Shown: positions 25,996 to 39,543 of the stretch, one piece after another
Layout: each line of letters begins with the position of its first letter
How positions within the stretch are numbered: the first letter of the stretch is position 1
Assembly (NCBI RefSeq): GCF_009914755.1
Contig: NC_060940.1
Length of the DNA stretch: 64,000 nt
Strand: one strand, 5' to 3'
From: the human T2T-CHM13v2.0 reference genome, Homo sapiens
Made by a program: the position numbers and the translations under genes
The notes under the pieces: generated by a model
What the model saw: the letters and a program-made list of their open reading frames with translations, nothing else
What the model was told of the DNA's origin: nothing
The model's database searches: none

Positions 25996-26572
25996 GTCTC
26001 ATGAAAAAATAATGATGAATACAACTGGATTTTTCTAAAGTAATTGTAATGTTAATATAACATGTACATGAATGTGCCTAAATCCTAAGTGTACAGCATG
26101 ATGAATTATCACAAAGGGAATACACCCATGTAGTCACCACCTAGATCCAGAACACTGCCCAGAAGGTCCTCCACCTGTGCTCCTCATAGTCACTACTCTC
26201 CAATAACTAGGACTATTATTGCTTCTATTTCCACAGATTAATACTGCCTATTCGAACTTCATATATATGGAATAGTAAAGTATATAATTCTTGTGTCTGG
26301 TTTAATAGTCCCACGTTGTTTGTGAGATACATCCAGTTGTAGTGTGTTCTTTTTCATCACCATGTAGTATTCCACTGTATGAATATACTGAAAATAATGT
26401 ATCCATTCTACTATTGATGAATGCTTAGAATGCTTCTAGGTTTTGGCTATTATAAACAGTGCTGCTATGGACATTCTTAAACATTCCTTTAGGATGGTAT
26501 ATACACATTCCTGTTGAGTATATTCACATAGTGGAATTCCTTGGTCATAATGTGTACTTACCTTCAAATTTT

Positions 26573-26905
<333 letters not shown>

Positions 26906-29900
26906 TTATAAGCAGTTTTCTGTATTTTGTTAACAATTTAAATTCCCATCAGCAATGTTTGTGAGTCCAGGATGTAACACATCTTCACCAGCACTTGGTA
27001 TTGTCAATTGTTTTAATTTTTTAGCTTTTCCAGTGGTTGTAGTATATCATGTGGTTTTAATTTGCATTTCTCTGACCACTGATAAGATTGACCACTCTTT
27101 CATATACTTACTGAACACTTGGCTGTACAATGTACTCTCTCATGAGGTGCATTTTAAAGTGTTTTGCCCATTAAAAAAATCGATTTGCTTTTTTCCTCTC
27201 CTATTGGTTTATAGATGTTCTTTACATATTCTGGGTAAAAGTCCTTTGTTGGATATAATTATTGAAAATATATTCAACTAGTCTGTGCCGATGTTTTTTC
27301 ATACACTCTATGGTCTTTCTGAGTAGTAATTCTTAATTTTTATATAGCCTAGTTAATCAATATCTTTCTTTATAGTAAGAGATTTTTCATCCTGCTTAAA
27401 AATTAAGACTTTATCTCAAGGTTTTGAAAATATTCTCCTTTTTCTTCTTAAAAGTTTATTCTGTATTTTTCAAACAGAGCTCCAATTTATATATGATTGA
27501 TTTTTTTTATAAGGCATGAAGTGGAGGCGAAGCATCTTTTTTTTTTCTGATGGGGTATCCATGTGATATAGAATCATTTATTAAAAATCCACTTTCCCCG
27601 CATTGCAGTATAATGTTACTTTTGTCACAAATCAAGTTATTATATGTTTGTGGGGCTATATCTGTTCTCTGTATTCTGTTTTGCTAGACTATTTTTCTGA
27701 CTTTGAGCCAATTTCACACCATTTTAGTTCCTGTAGCTTTAGAATAACTGGATATCAGCAAGTCTAAGCCCTTTAGGTTTGCTCATTTTCTTCATGGTTG
27801 TCTTGTCTATTCCTGGCCCTCTGTGTTTCCATTTATATTTTAGAATCGTCTTGTTAATTTCCACAAAAACAAAATATTGGCTTTTGATTGGAATTACATC
27901 CAATTTGATTGGAATTACCCCCAAATTTACAGCCTGATTTGGGGGACAATTGGCATATTTACTTAATTGATCTTTTAGTCTAAGAATGTGGTATAACCTT
28001 TCATTTATTAAAGTGTCTTTTAATTTATCTCAATAATATTTTGTAGACTTTTGTATAGAGTTTTATGTATCTTTTCTTAGATTTAGTCCTAAGTATTTGA
28101 TGATATTGCAAATGGTATTTTGAAATGCTTTCATTTTTGAATTGTTACTAATGTGTAGAAATACAATTAATGATTTGGATATTGGCCAGATTCACTTTTA
28201 CTTTTAGTAATTTGACTGTATATTCTTTTGTATTTCCTGTATATAAGCCAGTAAGTGGCGAATAATGACAGTTATACTTTTTCCTTTTTAATGTTCTTAT
28301 TTCATTTTCTTGTCTTATGGCACCATAGGTCTGATATATTGTTGGATACCAGTGAGGAGAGCAGACATCTTTACTTGTCTCTTATTTCAGAGAGGAAACT
28401 TGCAATATTTTAAATTTAGTTATGATCATTGCTCTAGGGTTTTAGTTGCTTTTTTGTTAGATTTTAAGAACATTTCATTTCATAAACAATTTGCTTCAAA
28501 TGATTATGAATGGATATTATACTTATCATTTTTATGGATCTGTTGGTATAACTTTTTCACCCTTTTTTATTAACATGGTGAGTTACTTTGATTGTTTTTT
28601 GAATTACTGGGATTTATTATATTCACTTACTAGACATATTTTTAATTTCATTTAAAATTTGTTTATTCATGAATATTAAAGAGATTAATCTGTAGTGTTT
28701 CTTTCTTGTACCAGTCATGTCAAGTTTTGGCATTAAATTAATGCTTGCCTCATAAAACTAGATGGGAAATATTCCTGTTATTTTTTTCCCTTCAGGAATG
28801 TTTCGTGAAAAACTGGTGTTAAATAATATAATTTAAATATACGGAAAAATTTGCTGATGAAGCTGTCAGGGCCTGGAAATGTCTCTGTTTGGCAGTTTTT
28901 ATTTACATGTATAATTTCCCTTATTTATAGAGGACTGTTGAGGCTCACCACATCTTCCTGCATCAGTTTTGCTAAATTGTGTTTTTCTAGAATATTTTTT
29001 ATTGATTTGAATTTTCAAATACATGGGAATAAATTTCTAAATATTCTTATGCTACCTTTAAAATATCTGTAGGATTTGTAATGTTATCGCTCCTCTGATT
29101 CTTGATATTGTAATTTATGCAGTTTCTCTGTTTTTCTTGACCAGTTTTGTTAGGTGTTTATCAATTTTTTTTTAGGTGTTTATCAATTTTGTGTGTCTTT
29201 TCAAAGAGCCAACTTTTACTTCTTTGATTTTCCTTGTTTTCTTATTAGGTTTGCCTTCATATTATTTCTCTTCTTCTACTTTTTAGTGTATTTAGCTGTT
29301 TTCCAAATTTTTGAGCTAGACAATTGTTTTTAACTTCTTTTCTAATGGGTGCATTAAAAGCTGTACATTTCCCTCTTAATTACAATTTCAGCTGCATTCT
29401 ACCAACTATATTTTCATTAATAGATAAATATTTTCTAATTTTTATGGTAATTTTTGTTTTACTCATGGTTACTAACAATTGTGTTACTTACTTTCCAAAC
29501 ATTTTGGATATTTTAGTTTTTTTCTAGTTTTCCTTTGGTTATCAACCTGTGGCTTAATTCTAATATAATCAAATGGTATAGTCTGAATAGTTTCAGCCCT
29601 TGATGTTTGGATTTACTTTGTAACTTTACTTTATAATCCAGAGTATGGCAAGTTTTAATAAACATTCAGATACACTTGAAAATTTTGTTTATTAAATTAT
29701 TGTTAAATGCAGCATTGCGTATATTTCAATTAGATAAACATCGTTAATCTTATTGATTAACATGATTTTTTTGGATATTTTGCTCTGCTTGTTCTACCAG
29801 TTACTGTGAGTTACTGGGAGAGTTTGTTAAAGTCTTCTATTATGTTTGTGCATTTATTTAGTTCTTTTTTAGTTGTGTCAATTTTTGGTTTATATATGTG

Positions 29901-31338
29901 ACATGTTATTAGTTGCAGACAGATTTAGAATGCTTGTATCTTCCAGAAGGAATGACCCTTTCATCACTGTGAAACATTCTTCATCTTTAATTATGTTTCT
30001 TGCCTTAAAGGCTACTTTGCTGCATATTAGTATACCTGTATCAACTTAATTTTCTTCAGCGTTTGCAAGGTATAGCTTTCCCAGTCCCTTACTGTCAACC
30101 TTTATTTGTTCTTATATTTAAGTTGTGTCTCTTACAAGATCAGCATATAGTTTTAATTTTAATTCAGTTTGATGCTTTCAATTGGTGTATTTAGACTATA
30201 TTTAATTACTGATATGCTGGGATTTATAAATATTATATAAACATTTCTTTTTTACCTTTTTACAGTTTTGTATTCTTCCTCCCTATTTTTGCTTTCAGTT
30301 TGGTTAAACATTTTTTATTACTTTATTTTTTCCCTCTATTTGTTTTTAGATTTTTAGTTTTCCATGTCTTCCTGTATCACATTTTCTAGGATTTGTTTCA
30401 TTGATCTGAATTTTTAAATGTGCTGGAATAAAGTTCTTCTTAATATTCTTGTGCTATCTTTTAAATATTTGTAGGATTTGTACTGATGTTGGTCCTTTGA
30501 TTCTTGGTGTTGTAATTTACGCTATTTCTCTTCTTTTCTTGACCAGTCTTGGATTAAGGTATGAATTTTTGAATTATTACTGCTTAATATTAACCAATTC
30601 ACAAATAACACTAGGAATGTAGGACATTTTAACTTCTCTCTCTTCTAGGCTTTTGCATGATCATTGTCATGCATTTTAATTCTTCATTATTTTATGCATT
30701 ATAAAACATGATACTTCTCTGTAAAGTCAGTATTTCATTATATTCACTCTCATATTTAATCTTTCTTTATTTCTTCTTGCATTTCCTGTTTGTATATGGG
30801 ATATGGGATCATTTTCCTCCTTCCTGTAGAATTCTCTACAGTATTTCCTTAGCACAGGTCCCTGGCAATGAATTCTCTCGGGTTTTATCGTTTAAAAATG
30901 TCCTTATTTTTTTTTTTCACTAGCGAAAAATGTTTTCTCTGATTATAGAATTTTAGACTGGTGATTATCTTTCCCACCACTTTAAAGATGTCATTTTGTT
31001 GTGTTCTGGTTTCCAATGTTTTCTTGAAAAATCACTTATTAGTCTAATTTTTGCTCCTTTGACAGTTAATCTTTTTCCCCTGGATGCTTTGAAATTTTTC
31101 TCTGTTTTTTGTTTTCTCTGTTTGTTTCATTTTCAGCAGTTTATCTATGAGGTATTTAGGTGTAATTGTTTTCTATGTATTCTTATTGGGAGTTGTTTCA
31201 CTTCCTGAATCCATACCTTGATATTCACCAGTGTTAGAAAATTCTGAGTTATTATCTATTCCGATATTGACCTGGTCCCATTCTCTTTACTCTTCTTTTA
31301 GGATGCAAATTCTATATGTGGTAAACCTTTACTCAAGA

Positions 31339-31340
<2 letters not shown>

Positions 31341-31385
<45 letters not shown>
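31341..31385. repeat. (CA)n microsatellite, ~22 units
   Basis: Direct observation. Confidence 0.95.
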
Positions 31386-31392
<7 letters not shown>

Positions 31393-31405
31393 TCATAATT
31401 TTCAT

Positions 31406-31716
<311 letters not shown>

Positions 31717-33048
31717 CCCCATCCCGCCTTTTCTTTTCTTTTCTCTTTTTTTTTACTTTTTATGCTTTAGTCTGAGCCTTTCTACCCATGCATCTTCCAG
31801 CTCTCTTCACCTTTGTCCAACCCACTGCTTAACTTACATACTGAATTCTTAATTTCAGTTATTGTAGTTTTCAGTTCTAGGATTTCTATTTTATTCCTTT
31901 TTATTTAATTTCAGTTATGTGCTCAAACTTTCTAACTTCTCATCTATTTTATTGAACATTTAAATCAAAGTTCAAAGTGAGTCTCATAACTCCAGTAACA
32001 GAGTCAATCGTGAGTCTCTTTTTATTGTTTGTTCCTTTTCCCATTGATGCTACTTTTTGATATATGTGGTAATTTCAATTGGATGTTGGAGATTATGTAT
32101 ATCAAACTGTAGGGTTTCTGGAGGCTATTATTGCCCTCCTGTGTGGGTTCGACCTTTTCTGTGGCAGGCAGCAGGGGAACAGGCATCTCAGACCATCATA
32201 GATAGAGCTGATTTGAGGGTGAGTTGCATTCTTTGTGTGGCTCAGTCTATCTTTTGTTCGAGTCCAATCCCAGTGCATCACCCTCTACGTGTCCCAACTT
32301 AGGCCTTGTGATATTTCCTAGAACACTTCTCGCTGGCGGGTATTTCCATCTAATTTTTCTCTCTTCATCACTGTGAGACTGTCAAAACTCTTTTTTTTTT
32401 AATCCCTTTTAGTTTGATTTCTTAGTCTTCTCCCCTGTAATATTTCATAGATAAATGCCAAGAGGAAAATTGGTGCTGTTGAATGCTGGTCTCACTGACC
32501 TGTTCTTTCCTTCTGTCTCGGATATTTCCTCCTCAAGCCCTTGCTAATTAGGCAGCCCTGAACCCGTTTACTTTGCCTCCACCCTCGTGCAATTGCCTAT
32601 CTCTTTACTTGTTTCTATCCCTTGTAACAATTGTCCCTGCCTATCCTTTCAGCCTCTTAACCTGTCGCAGTCATTGATCAATGTCCTGTGGAAAGTATCA
32701 ACATGCAGAAAATTGAGCTCACCCTGGTGAGCATCCCTTTCTTTTGGGGGTTTGGGGGTTTGGCTTTTAAATCCCAGCTGCCTCTTAAACTCTCTGGATG
32801 TTTTCAAACAGATGAATTTTGATGTGTTACTGGCTTTTATTATTGCTTGTAGTGGGAGTGCTGGTTCTCCACAAGTGACTCAACCTTAGAAGAAACCGCA
32901 TGCTCAGATTTGATATGACACTCATGTCTGTCTTCCGGTCTATAGTGCTTGTCACTATCAGTTCATTGTTGCCACTGAGCAACCGAGTATGGCATTGCAA
33001 AAAAAAATTGTAAATGACATTTAACATTTTGGGTTTTACATCTACCAC

Positions 33049-33481
33049 TGATGCAGGGCAGGTTCTTGGCTTTGCTCGGGAAGGAATTCAGGAATGTGTT
33101 GGTGGTGGAAGAAAGCAGCTTTACTGAGGCAGCTGCAGTGCTAGAGTTCTATGAAGGCTCCTGCCTCGCAGCACTAGCCCATAGGCAGTGCACTGAGAGT
33201 AGCAGTGTATGTATGGTTTGCAGTCATATTTAGACTCACTTTTAATGACATGCTAATTAAGGGGCGGGTTATTCAGAAATAGAAAATGGGAGGTAACTTT
33301 TGCCATGGCAAGGGGTGGGAACTTCCGGGCGTTGCGGTCGCATTGGTAAACTGTCATGGCACTGGTGGGAGTGCCTTAGTGTCATGGGCCACTAGAGCCA
33401 GAGGTATTTTCTGGGCCTCCTTCGGGTTTCAGCCAGTCTTAATTCCGGTCCAGAGAGAAGTCCTCCTGCCCTTGTCCCTCA
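33049..33481 (-). mobile_element. ERV1 MER4-group solo LTR (subfamily uncertain)
   Basis: TG...CA termini; ggttcttggctttgctcgggaaggaattca, gcagtcatattta...atgctaattaaggggcgggtta, ttggtaaactgtcatggcactggtgggag; near-TSD CCAC/CTAC. Confidence 0.75.
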
Positions 33482-33734
33482 CTACCATTTTCTGTCCTCA
33501 CTGTAGCCCTATAAAACGAGAATTATTGTCTTCATTCTATAAACGAAGTAACTGGTTTTTCAGGAGTGGTTGCATGCCGCGTCCAAAATATCACAGTGAA
33601 GAAATGCCATTGTTTCGAATTTGAGAAAAACCACGTAGACAGGTTTTCAACTTTATCCATGTAACTTCTCTTGAAAGAAGATTCTAGATGGGAAAGAATT
33701 CCCAAATATTTCTATGTATTTATATCCTTAATCT

Positions 33735-34030
33735 CAGGCAGTATGATAGGATGATTAGGTATTTGAACTCTGATGTTAAGATATCTGAATTCAAAATCAC
33801 GGTATTGCGTTGAATTATGACATGGCGTTTTGCAAGCTACCTTTTAAATCTTCTATTTTCTCATCTTTAAGGTATGGAGAACAAATAGTACCTTATTCTC
33901 AGGTTAGTTAGGAATGGCAAATGAATTAATACATGCGAGGGGCTTAGGACACCAAAGACAGCTAGCAAGGGCACATGTTAGCTGTTAGATTTAATAATAA
34001 TATCATTGTTGTTGCTATTGTTGTTATTAA
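33735..34030 (+). mobile_element. MIR SINE
   Basis: ttttctcatctttaag...atagtacctta...aaatgaattaatacatg. Confidence 0.6.
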
Positions 34031-34707
34031 TACCTCTTGACCATTCCAAACACTCCTTGTATTTTCATTTCCTTCTGAAGCTTCCTCTGTAATAATCAAG
34101 TGATATGTTTGCAGAGGTCCAAAAGTACTGCTCATATACCATTTACAAAGCAGGTACTTGCACTTTATTGCCAGTGACGATGATGCCTTGTTAATGTCTA
34201 GAGCAATGGATAACAGTTAGAATCCTGGACTCTTGGAAATTGGCATTACTCAAACTGTAAGTTTCTTTATGCTGGAGAAATCAAGAGCCCTCAAGGATGC
34301 TGGCTAGAACAGGCATTTTCTGTTTCATCATCTTTTGGCTGTGTGTGAAGGCTGGCTTCATTCTCCACTGGTCAAGCTCTTCATTGCTTTTCATACCCTG
34401 TTATCACATGCATGGCAGAGGCCATATGACAGGCTGGAAGAGGAGATTTTTGATGTAAGTATGTGTTGAGTGTGGGGTAGAAGGAGGGCTTGAGGAAATC
34501 AGTCTGTCAGTCTACTCCAGAGAGGGACCAGTGAGTTAAGTCATCATATCTCAAAGGGAGTAAAAAACTCCCTCACTTCCAAGGAGAAAGATGCACTCAG
34601 GCCAACTTCTCTATCTCTAAGAGTGCAGAGAATTGCCGCAGAGCTTCTAGAAGGAAGTGATTCCTGGTGTTAGGTGGGTCTTGAGTATGAAAGCCAGGAT
34701 ACAGTAG

Positions 34708-35098
34708 TGTATCAGTCAGTTTAGGCTAAGATATGCTGCAGTAACAAATCAGCCCCAAATCTCTGGCTTACAACCACAAAAGTTCATTTCTCACTCACAT
34801 TTCATGTTTATGTTGGGTCAGCTGTACTTATCCTACAAAACTTATTTATTCTTGGATTCAGGCTAATAGAGCTCCCCTCATCTGGGATGTTAATGATTTT
34901 ATGACAGAAAAGAGAGCATAGCTGAATATGGCAATCATACAATGACTCTTAAAGCTTCCAATTAGAAATGTGTACTTGCAAGTTTCATTTTTATTTCATT
35001 GGCTAAAGAAAGCCACATGGACCATTCTGATGCTAATGGGGTGGTGGAAAACAGTCCCTCCACAGTGAATATTTTGAACAATAATAAAATCTAGCACA
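34708..35098 (-). mobile_element. Old MLT1 (J/K/L-like) MaLR LTR
   Basis: tgtatcagtcagtttaggcta...tatgctgcagtaacaaa...atttcattggctaaag. Confidence 0.7.
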
Positions 35099-36014
35099 AG
35101 GACAAGTTCATCCACAAGGAAAGGGATAGGATGCCCTAGGGTAGTAAGGCAGGAGAAAAATCGGAATTTTAAGCACTGGCAGTTGGGAGCATTAAATCAT
35201 GTGGGGCTTCACGGCACCCTCATTCTTTAGATGCTTGTCTCTAATCCTCCCCTGGAGCCTGTAGTCCCAGTATGACATATTCCCATCTAAAGACCTTGAT
35301 TCATCAGACATGCCCGTCTGCCTGTTCCAGCCATGAGTTTGTCCTTCCAGCACCTCCCTGGACATTGGGTTACCATTGTTGGCAGTGAAGCATAGACGTT
35401 ACATGTTCTCTCTAATGGGCAAATAAAGACTTCCTTAATGGATCCAAGTCCAGTTTTCTTGTTGGTATATAAGCAGCAAGAATGGCTGTGCTACTTGAAT
35501 ACCCCGGTTGTCAAAGTCTCTTCAGTGAGGAAAAGGCGCTTGTTCATTTTCATTAACAGACTGGAAGTTTGAGCTAAAATTTTTCTGAGCCTTCACGTGT
35601 TTATTTTTTGGTTGACAGCTGCAGTCTGGAAGTGGATGGAGGTGTTGTAAGTGATTTCCATGCCACCCACATTCAAATTCCCATTGTTACCTTGAAGTAC
35701 CATGTTTTTTCAAAACTCTATGCCTTTCAAAGGTTCTTTCTCTGCTGGTTGGATTTTGTAGAGCTTGTCCTCTTAGTGAGTTCTTATTCATTTTTATTAA
35801 TAGAACAAAAAGTCCCCAATTAAATATTTATCACATTGCCCAAGTAATATATAATCTTCAGAGATAAGAGAAATTACAGACATAAATGAAAACAAAATTT
35901 AAATTACCTTTAATTTTATGACCCAGTTGTTAATGTTTCAGTGTCTAACCTTTCAGCCTTTTCTCTGTGAACCATCATCAACAATTTAAATGATATCATA
36001 TTATACCTGCTGCT

Positions 36015-36250
36015 CTCAGCACAGTTATTACCAATGTGAACTCTGGAGACATAGACATGGGATCACAAGCTGGCCTCACTACTCACTACTTTGGTGGTCT
36101 TGGGCATATGATTGAGACTCTCACATGTTTCCTCATCTGTAAAATGGTAATTTCACTTTTCTACATGGTTGTTAGGGCTAAGTGAATTATTTTTTATAAA
36201 GTTCTTAGAATTCTGCCTGCCGTGTATTAAGTGCTTAATGTTGATAGTTC
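36015..36250 (+). mobile_element. MIR SINE
   Basis: gtttcctcatctgtaaaatgg core. Confidence 0.75.
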
Positions 36251-36300
36251 TGTCTGTCTGTCTATCTATCTATGTATCTACCCATCTATCTATCTATCCA

Positions 36301-36450
36301 TTTTTTTAGAAATGGGTATCTCACTATGTTGGTCAGGCTAGAGTGCATGGCTATTCAGAAGCATGGTCATAGCACAGCCTTGAACCTCTGGGCTCAAGTG
36401 ATCCTTCCGCATAGCTGGAATTCCATGTGTGCACCACTACACATGATCTG
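36301..36450 (-). mobile_element. FAM (fossil Alu monomer)
   Basis: ctcactatgttggtcaggctagagtgcatggctattca...tcatagcacagccttgaac...gggctcaagtgatcc; retains the 7SL-like ggctattca segment. Confidence 0.7.
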
Positions 36451-36469
36451 ACAGCTATATTTTTGTTTC

Positions 36470-36573
36470 TCTCCCTCTCCTTCCTTCCTTCCTTCTTGCC
36501 TTCCTGCCTTCCTTCCTTCCTTCCTTCCTTCCTGCCTTCCTTCCTTCCTGCCTTCCTGCCTTCCTGCCTTCCT
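36470..36573. repeat. (CCTT/CCTG)n microsatellite
   Basis: Direct observation. Confidence 0.9.
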
Positions 36574-37056
36574 CTGAGTGTCCCCTAGATCATTGACTCC
36601 ATTGGTTTTATTATTTTTCTTAATGCTGTTTATTTGATAAGTAGAAATAGTTGTCAAATTTTAATGTAAGTTTCTTTTAACCTTAGTTGAATAGAATGTT
36701 TGAAACCTACCATTATTGAGCAATTTTGGCCTATTTATGGGAGTGGAATCACCCACTTAAATATCTTGTCTATTTTTCTGTTAGCTGGTAACACTTTTCT
36801 TCTTTCCCTTTTTCTTTTTCTCTGTCTCTTTTTCTCTCCCCCTCTCTCTTTTTCTCTCTCCCTTCCCCCTACTTTCTCTCCCCCTCTTTCTCTCTCTGAT
36901 GGAAATATATCTACTTTTTTCTTTGTTATTAACTTCAAATACAATACATGGCAGTTGGAATACAGAAGTATATAAAGCAGAAAATGAGTTTTCCTCTGAA
37001 ACGCCACCCTAAGACCATGATTATAAACAATTTAGTGTCTTTTTTTTAAGATTTGG

Positions 37057-37605
37057 CAGTGGTTCTCAGAGTTAGTGTGCATGAGAATCTCTTAGATGAT
37101 GCTGTTGTCTAAATGGGTTCCTCTAAAATTCATATGTTGAAACTTGATCTTCAGTGTGATCATGTGAAGAGGTGGGGCCTTTAGGAGGTGATTAAGTGAT
37201 GAGGGCAGAGCCCTCATGAATGGTATTAGTGACCTTATAGGAGGGGTGCAAAGTTGCTGATTGCCTCTTCTGCCTTTTGAGGATGGAGCAAGAAATACTG
37301 TCCTCAAAGCAGAAAATGAGCCCTCACCAGACATTGAATTTGCTGGCACCTTGATCTTGGAGTTCCCAGCTTTCAGAACTGCAAAAAATACCTTTCTATT
37401 ATTTATAAATCACCCAATCCAAGGTATTTTGTTACAGCCGCGTGAACAGACTAAGACAGATGGCTTGTGAAAACAGATTGCTAGGTCCTATAATGAAGTT
37501 TATGATTCAGTAGGGTTGGGGTGAGGCCTGAAAATTTGCATTTCTGACAAGCTCCCAGGTAATGTTGATGCCGCTGGTCTGGGGGATTCATTTGGAGGAC
37601 CACTG
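37057..37605 (+). mobile_element. MER5A hAT-Charlie element split by MLT1A
   Basis: cagtggttctca start; tgattcagtagg...tttgcatttctgacaagctcccagg...accactg end. Confidence 0.82.
37100..37458 (+). mobile_element. MLT1A/A0 MaLR solo LTR
   Basis: aaaattcatatgttgaa...ggtggggcctttaggagg...acagactaagaca; near-TSD GATGA/GATGG. Confidence 0.88.
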
Positions 37606-38389
37606 TTATATACGCACACAGACAGGATACTCATGCTGCCTGGTAACTTTGGCATCTTTTGCTTAATTTATCGTGGGTAGTATTTCATGAAGTTCTGACC
37701 TATGCTGGTATGCAACATAGTGCATGACATTCCATTGTGTTGGTGTACCCTAATTTATTATCATAGATGTGTAAGTTGCTTGCAGTTTTTAATATTATTA
37801 TGATAGCAGTGCATCAAAACATTCTTGCTCCTGTATGTCTGTGTACTTGTGCAAGTCTTTCTGTGAGGCAGCTTCTTAGAAGTGGAATTTCTGGTAAACA
37901 TGCATTGACAAATACAATTTGGACACATTTTAATGTTCTCTAGAAAGATTGGACTAAAATAACTACTTGCTGTTTGCTGGGTGTTAAGAGTTCCTGTTTT
38001 CTCATACCCTGGAGGAAGATAAGGTCTGGTGAGACTTTGCCAGTTAGTGAGGAGATGAATTATGTTTCACTTTTATTTAGTTTAATTCTTTTGGTATCTG
38101 TGATGTTACACATTTTAAATGCTTACTCGCCCTTAACGTTTTTCTTTGGGACATCGTCTTTGTCCATTTTTCATTCTAATCGTTTTATAAAGGCTATTTA
38201 TTTAATCATAAATATTCAGCCTCTTACAATATAGGTTACAAATATTTTTACAACCTATCATATAATTTTGTTGCTTTTTTTGATGTAGACAAAAATTTAA
38301 TTTCCTTTATATTTTATGTATATATTTTTGTTTCTTCATACTCTCCTCTTGGATTTTATACTTAAATAAATGTTTTGCAATCTGATCGT

Positions 38390-38640
38390 GTTCATTTATT
38401 CACTTACGCAAATATTTTCTTTTTTTTTTTTTGCTTAGCTAATATGTATTAGAAGGCATCCTAGACACTGGGGACGAGCAGTTAAAAATTCTGTCTTCAT
38501 GGATCTTACACTCTAATGTGAAGGGACAGACAGCAAACAACATGAGACAGACAGCAAATAACATATTAAAAATTGATATGATATTTTAGAAGCTGATGAG
38601 TGCTGTGGAGAAAAACAAACAGGGAAGGATGCTAGGAATG
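38390..38640 (-). mobile_element. L2 3' end
   Basis: ttcatttattcactt...ctagacactgggga...cttcatggatcttacactctaa. Confidence 0.7.
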
Positions 38641-39362
38641 TTTATTTAGATTTAACTCTGTAAACAGAATTTTATAAATTTTTCAACTTTAGAATTTTTA
38701 TTCATTTACGTATTACATTGGTGAAAGAACTGAGGTGCAGTTCAAACCTTTTATCTAAATTTGTTTATTGAATGTTATTCTTTTCCTACATATCTGAAAT
38801 ATCCATTTCTGGGCTCACTAAATGCTTATATATTGGGGTCTGTTTTCTTTCCTTTTTATTATATTCTGTTGATCTACCTCTGTTATGGTTTCAGTATACA
38901 GCGGCAAATACAACAATTTTTTACTGTTCCCTTCTGTTATAGTTTATTCTTTAATACTGCAGTCTCTCCTTCCTTGTCATTCTTTTTCAATATATTTTGG
39001 GCTATTTTGATCTGCTTATACTTGCAGATTAATTTTGGAATCATGTTGTCAAGTTCCGAATGAAATCACTGTAGAATTTTATTTAATAATATTACATTTG
39101 TAGATTACTGTTTAAGGACTTAAAATCAATACAGTATTGAGTTGTCCCATCTAGGGACATGGCTTGTTTAGCAATGTATTCGTTATGTTTATATCCTCCA
39201 TCAAAATGTTGTAAATCGTTTCCATCTGGGTTGCGTGTATTTTTTTCTCTGAAGTTATTTCAAGGTGTCTTACACTTTTGTTGCTAGTGTGAATGTGATA
39301 ATTACGTATTATATTTTTAGTTGGATATTATTGCCTTATAAGGAAGGTAGTAGCTTTTAAGT

Positions 39363-39365
<3 letters not shown>

Positions 39366-39405
<40 letters not shown>

Positions 39406-39543
39406 TTCTTTCTCTGTTTCTTTTCTCATATATATAGTTTTATATACATATATATTTCTCTTTCTCTGCCTCTCTTCTCATCTATATAGTTTTATGTATA
39501 TGTATTTCTCTTTTTCTGTCTCTTTTCTCACATATATATATAT
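39366..39543. repeat. (TG)n followed by a ~50-bp-period minisatellite (2.8 units)
   Basis: Units start at 39401, 39451 and 39501 (tatatttct...ttctcata tatatagttttat). Confidence 0.85.

Noticed and set aside
25649-26038. Arg/Lys-rich (KEGR)n and Ser/Phe-rich ORFs
   Set aside because: Translation of (CCTT)n/(CTTT)n simple repeats.
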